From Atribacterota bacterium (GTDB lineage Bacteria; Atribacterota; Phoenicimicrobiia; Phoenicimicrobiales; Stramentimicrobiaceae), in the NCBI GenBank assembly GCA_040767965.1, contig JAXGNR010000004.1, positions 224,001 to 288,000 on the forward strand: 64,000 nucleotides of DNA, written 5' to 3'. Each line of letters starts with the position of its first letter. Position 1 is the stretch's first letter. The translations under genes were made by a program, and so were the position numbers. The notes under the pieces are model-generated. The model made no database searches and was not told where the DNA came from. It worked only from the letters and a program-made list of their open reading frames with translations. Shown here one piece after another: positions 62,067 through 64,000 of the stretch.

Positions 62067-62570
62067 ATGGCTATATTAAAATTACATAAATATGGTTCAT
62101 CTGTTTTAAGAGAAAAGGCTAGCTTGGTATGTAAAATTAATGATGATATAAAACAACTGGCATTGGATATGATCGACACTATGTATGCCGAAGGAGGCAT
62201 TGGTTTAGCTGCACCCCAAATTGGTATTTCCAAGCAAATTATAGTTATTGATAAAGAAGAAAAAGGGGCAATTGCTTTGATTAATCCAGTTATAATTAAA
62301 AGAGAGGGTGAAATCCAGGAAGAAGAAGGATGCCTTAGCGTACCAGGAATTTATCATCCAGTAAAAAGATCTGCTTCAGTTACTATTGAAGCCCTGGATT
62401 TGAATGAGAAAAAAATACGTATAACTGAAGAAGGTATTTTAGCAATCGCTTTGCAACATGAAATAGATCATCTGGAAGGATACCTGTTTATAGATAGAAT
62501 CAGTCCTGCTAAAAGACTGTTGATTAAAGAACAATTAAAAGAAATTGAACTTTCCATGAGAGAGGAATAA
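62067..62570 (+). CDS. def: Peptide deformylase
   Basis: GIGLAAPQ, EGCLS, QHEIDH. Confidence 0.97.
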   Translation: MAILKLHKYGSSVLREKASLVCKINDDIKQLALDMIDTMYAEGGIGLAAPQIGISKQIIVIDKEEKGAIALINPVIIKREGEIQEEEGCLSVPGIYHPVKRSASVTIEALDLNEKKIRITEEGILAIALQHEIDHLEGYLFIDRISPAKRLLIKEQLKEIELSMREE

Positions 62571-62574
62571 TATT

Positions 62575-63525
62575 TTGAGAATAGTTTTTATTGGCACTTC
62601 AACATTCGGTATTTCAGTGTTGAGAAAATTGATTAATTTAAAAGAAAATATTGTTGGAGTGGTTACTCAGCCTGACCGCCCTTGTGGTAGAGGGAAAAAA
62701 ATACAACCTACTCCAATTAAAGAAATTGCTCTAAAATATGCCATATCGGTATTTCAACCGGAAGATATTAATTCTCAGAACTCAATTAAAGAAATTAAAA
62801 AATTTGATCCTGAATTGATTATCTTGATTGCCTATGGACAGATATTAAAGGGCCAGGTATTGGACATACCTTCCAGGGGATGTCTAAATGTTCATCCCTC
62901 TTTGTTGCCAAAATATAAAGGATCTGCTCCGATACAATGGGCTATTATTCGAGGAGAGCAAGAAACAGGGATAAGTTTTTTGTTTATGAATGAGAAAATT
63001 GATTCAGGTGACATAGTCCTGCAGAAAAAAGTGAAAATAATACCTGGAGAAAATTTTCAGCAATTAAGCCAAAGGCTTGCAGATGAAAGTGCGGAAATAT
63101 TGCCAGAATTGTTAGATAATATCAAAAATGGAAATATTAAAAAAATAGCTCAACCAAAGGGAAATTATTTTTATGCAAGAAAAATATGCAAGACTGATTG
63201 TAAAATAGACTGGTTATGTTCAGGTGCTGATATTATTAATTTAATAAAAGGGATTGCTTATTTACCCTGTGCTTTTGCGGTAATTAAAAATAAAAGAATT
63301 AAAATTACTGAAGCAGAATTAATACCAAAAGAAGAAACCGAAGAAAAAAAACAAATTGCTGTACCTGGAGAAATTGTAAGTGTTAGCAAAAAAGGCTTAC
63401 AGGTTATGACAGGTGATAATAGTAGTGTTTTAATAAAAAGACTTATTATTCCCGGGCGGAAAGAGATGGATGTTGCCCAGTTTATTAATGGCTATCAGAT
63501 AGAAGCTGGTAATAAATTTGAATAA
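62575..63525 (+). CDS. fmt: Methionyl-tRNA formyltransferase
   Basis: VVTQPDRP.GRG, AYGQIL, NVHPSLLP. Confidence 0.96.
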   Translation: MRIVFIGTSTFGISVLRKLINLKENIVGVVTQPDRPCGRGKKIQPTPIKEIALKYAISVFQPEDINSQNSIKEIKKFDPELIILIAYGQILKGQVLDIPSRGCLNVHPSLLPKYKGSAPIQWAIIRGEQETGISFLFMNEKIDSGDIVLQKKVKIIPGENFQQLSQRLADESAEILPELLDNIKNGNIKKIAQPKGNYFYARKICKTDCKIDWLCSGADIINLIKGIAYLPCAFAVIKNKRIKITEAELIPKEETEEKKQIAVPGEIVSVSKKGLQVMTGDNSSVLIKRLIIPGRKEMDVAQFINGYQIEAGNKFE

Positions 63526-63579
63526 AATATATTCTGGGAAAATTAATCCTGATAAACTGTTACATTTTAAGGAAAAAAG

Positions 63580-64000
63580 TTGAATAAAACAAAAAATATA
63601 AGAGAAGTTATATTGGAAATATTGCTAAGAATTGAAAAACACAACTCTTACCTCAACATTTTACTTCAGCATTATTTCAATAATTACTATTTTAAAAGCG
63701 AAGATAAGGCTCTTTTGCAGGAAATTACTTATGGAGTAATTCGGTTTAGGCAAAAAATAGACTGGATAATAAAACATTTTTTAATATTAAGAAATAAAAA
63801 ATTACCGATAGAAATAAATAACATTTTAAGGATTGGTGTTTATCAATTATTTTATTTAGATAAAATTCCCCATTATGCAGTGGTTAATGAATCTGTCCAG
63901 CTAGTTAAAAAGATTAAAAAATATGAATATGCCAATTTGGTTAACGCAGTTTTGAGAAATGTAATCAGAGAAAAAGATCAACTAAAGTGGCCAGCAGATA
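63580..64000 (+). CDS. rsmB: 16S rRNA m5C967 methyltransferase RsmB (3' partial; NusB-like domain)
   Basis: TTG 63580; EITYGVIR, ILRIGVYQLFYLDKIPHYAVVNESV; follows fmt. Confidence 0.88.
   Translation, partial: MNKTKNIREVILEILLRIEKHNSYLNILLQHYFNNYYFKSEDKALLQEITYGVIRFRQKIDWIIKHFLILRNKKLPIEINNILRIGVYQLFYLDKIPHYAVVNESVQLVKKIKKYEYANLVNAVLRNVIREKDQLKWPAD

Overview
AT-rich chromosomal window from an anaerobic bacterium. It has Firmicutes-like core gene order (dcw cluster end; nrdR; yggT-divIVA-T-box-ileS-lspA-rluA; rqcH; yicC-remA-gmk-coaBC-priA-def-fmt-rsmB) but also diderm-type envelope genes (LolA-like protein plus a beta-barrel-like protein). This suggests a diderm Terrabacteria lineage such as Atribacterota (inference). 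Two accessory blocks interrupt the core. (1) An ~18 kb GntR-associated organic-acid catabolic island between ftsZ and nrdR encodes a LarA-family racemase, an isocitrate/isopropylmalate-family dehydrogenase, a ThDP E1 alpha/beta pair without E2/E3, an SDR, a pseudo-enzyme/enzyme Zn-ADH pair, a TctCBA transporter, three different lyases/aldolases and two 2-hydroxyacid dehydrogenases. (2) A ~13 kb lipid/envelope-flavoured block encodes an esterase, acyl-ACP thioesterase, two radical SAM enzymes, a class V aminotransferase and TetR-MMPL-LolA-like-barrel. Notable details: a PriA that has lost its ATPase motifs, a transcriptional ileS T-box with a truncated Stem I, a redoxin-type class III RNR with two ATP cones and tandem NrdR boxes, absence of rpoZ at its usual site, probable ATA/CTG starts, and two indel-rich patches that are probably assembly errors. 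No rRNA, tRNA, CRISPR or mobile element was recognised.
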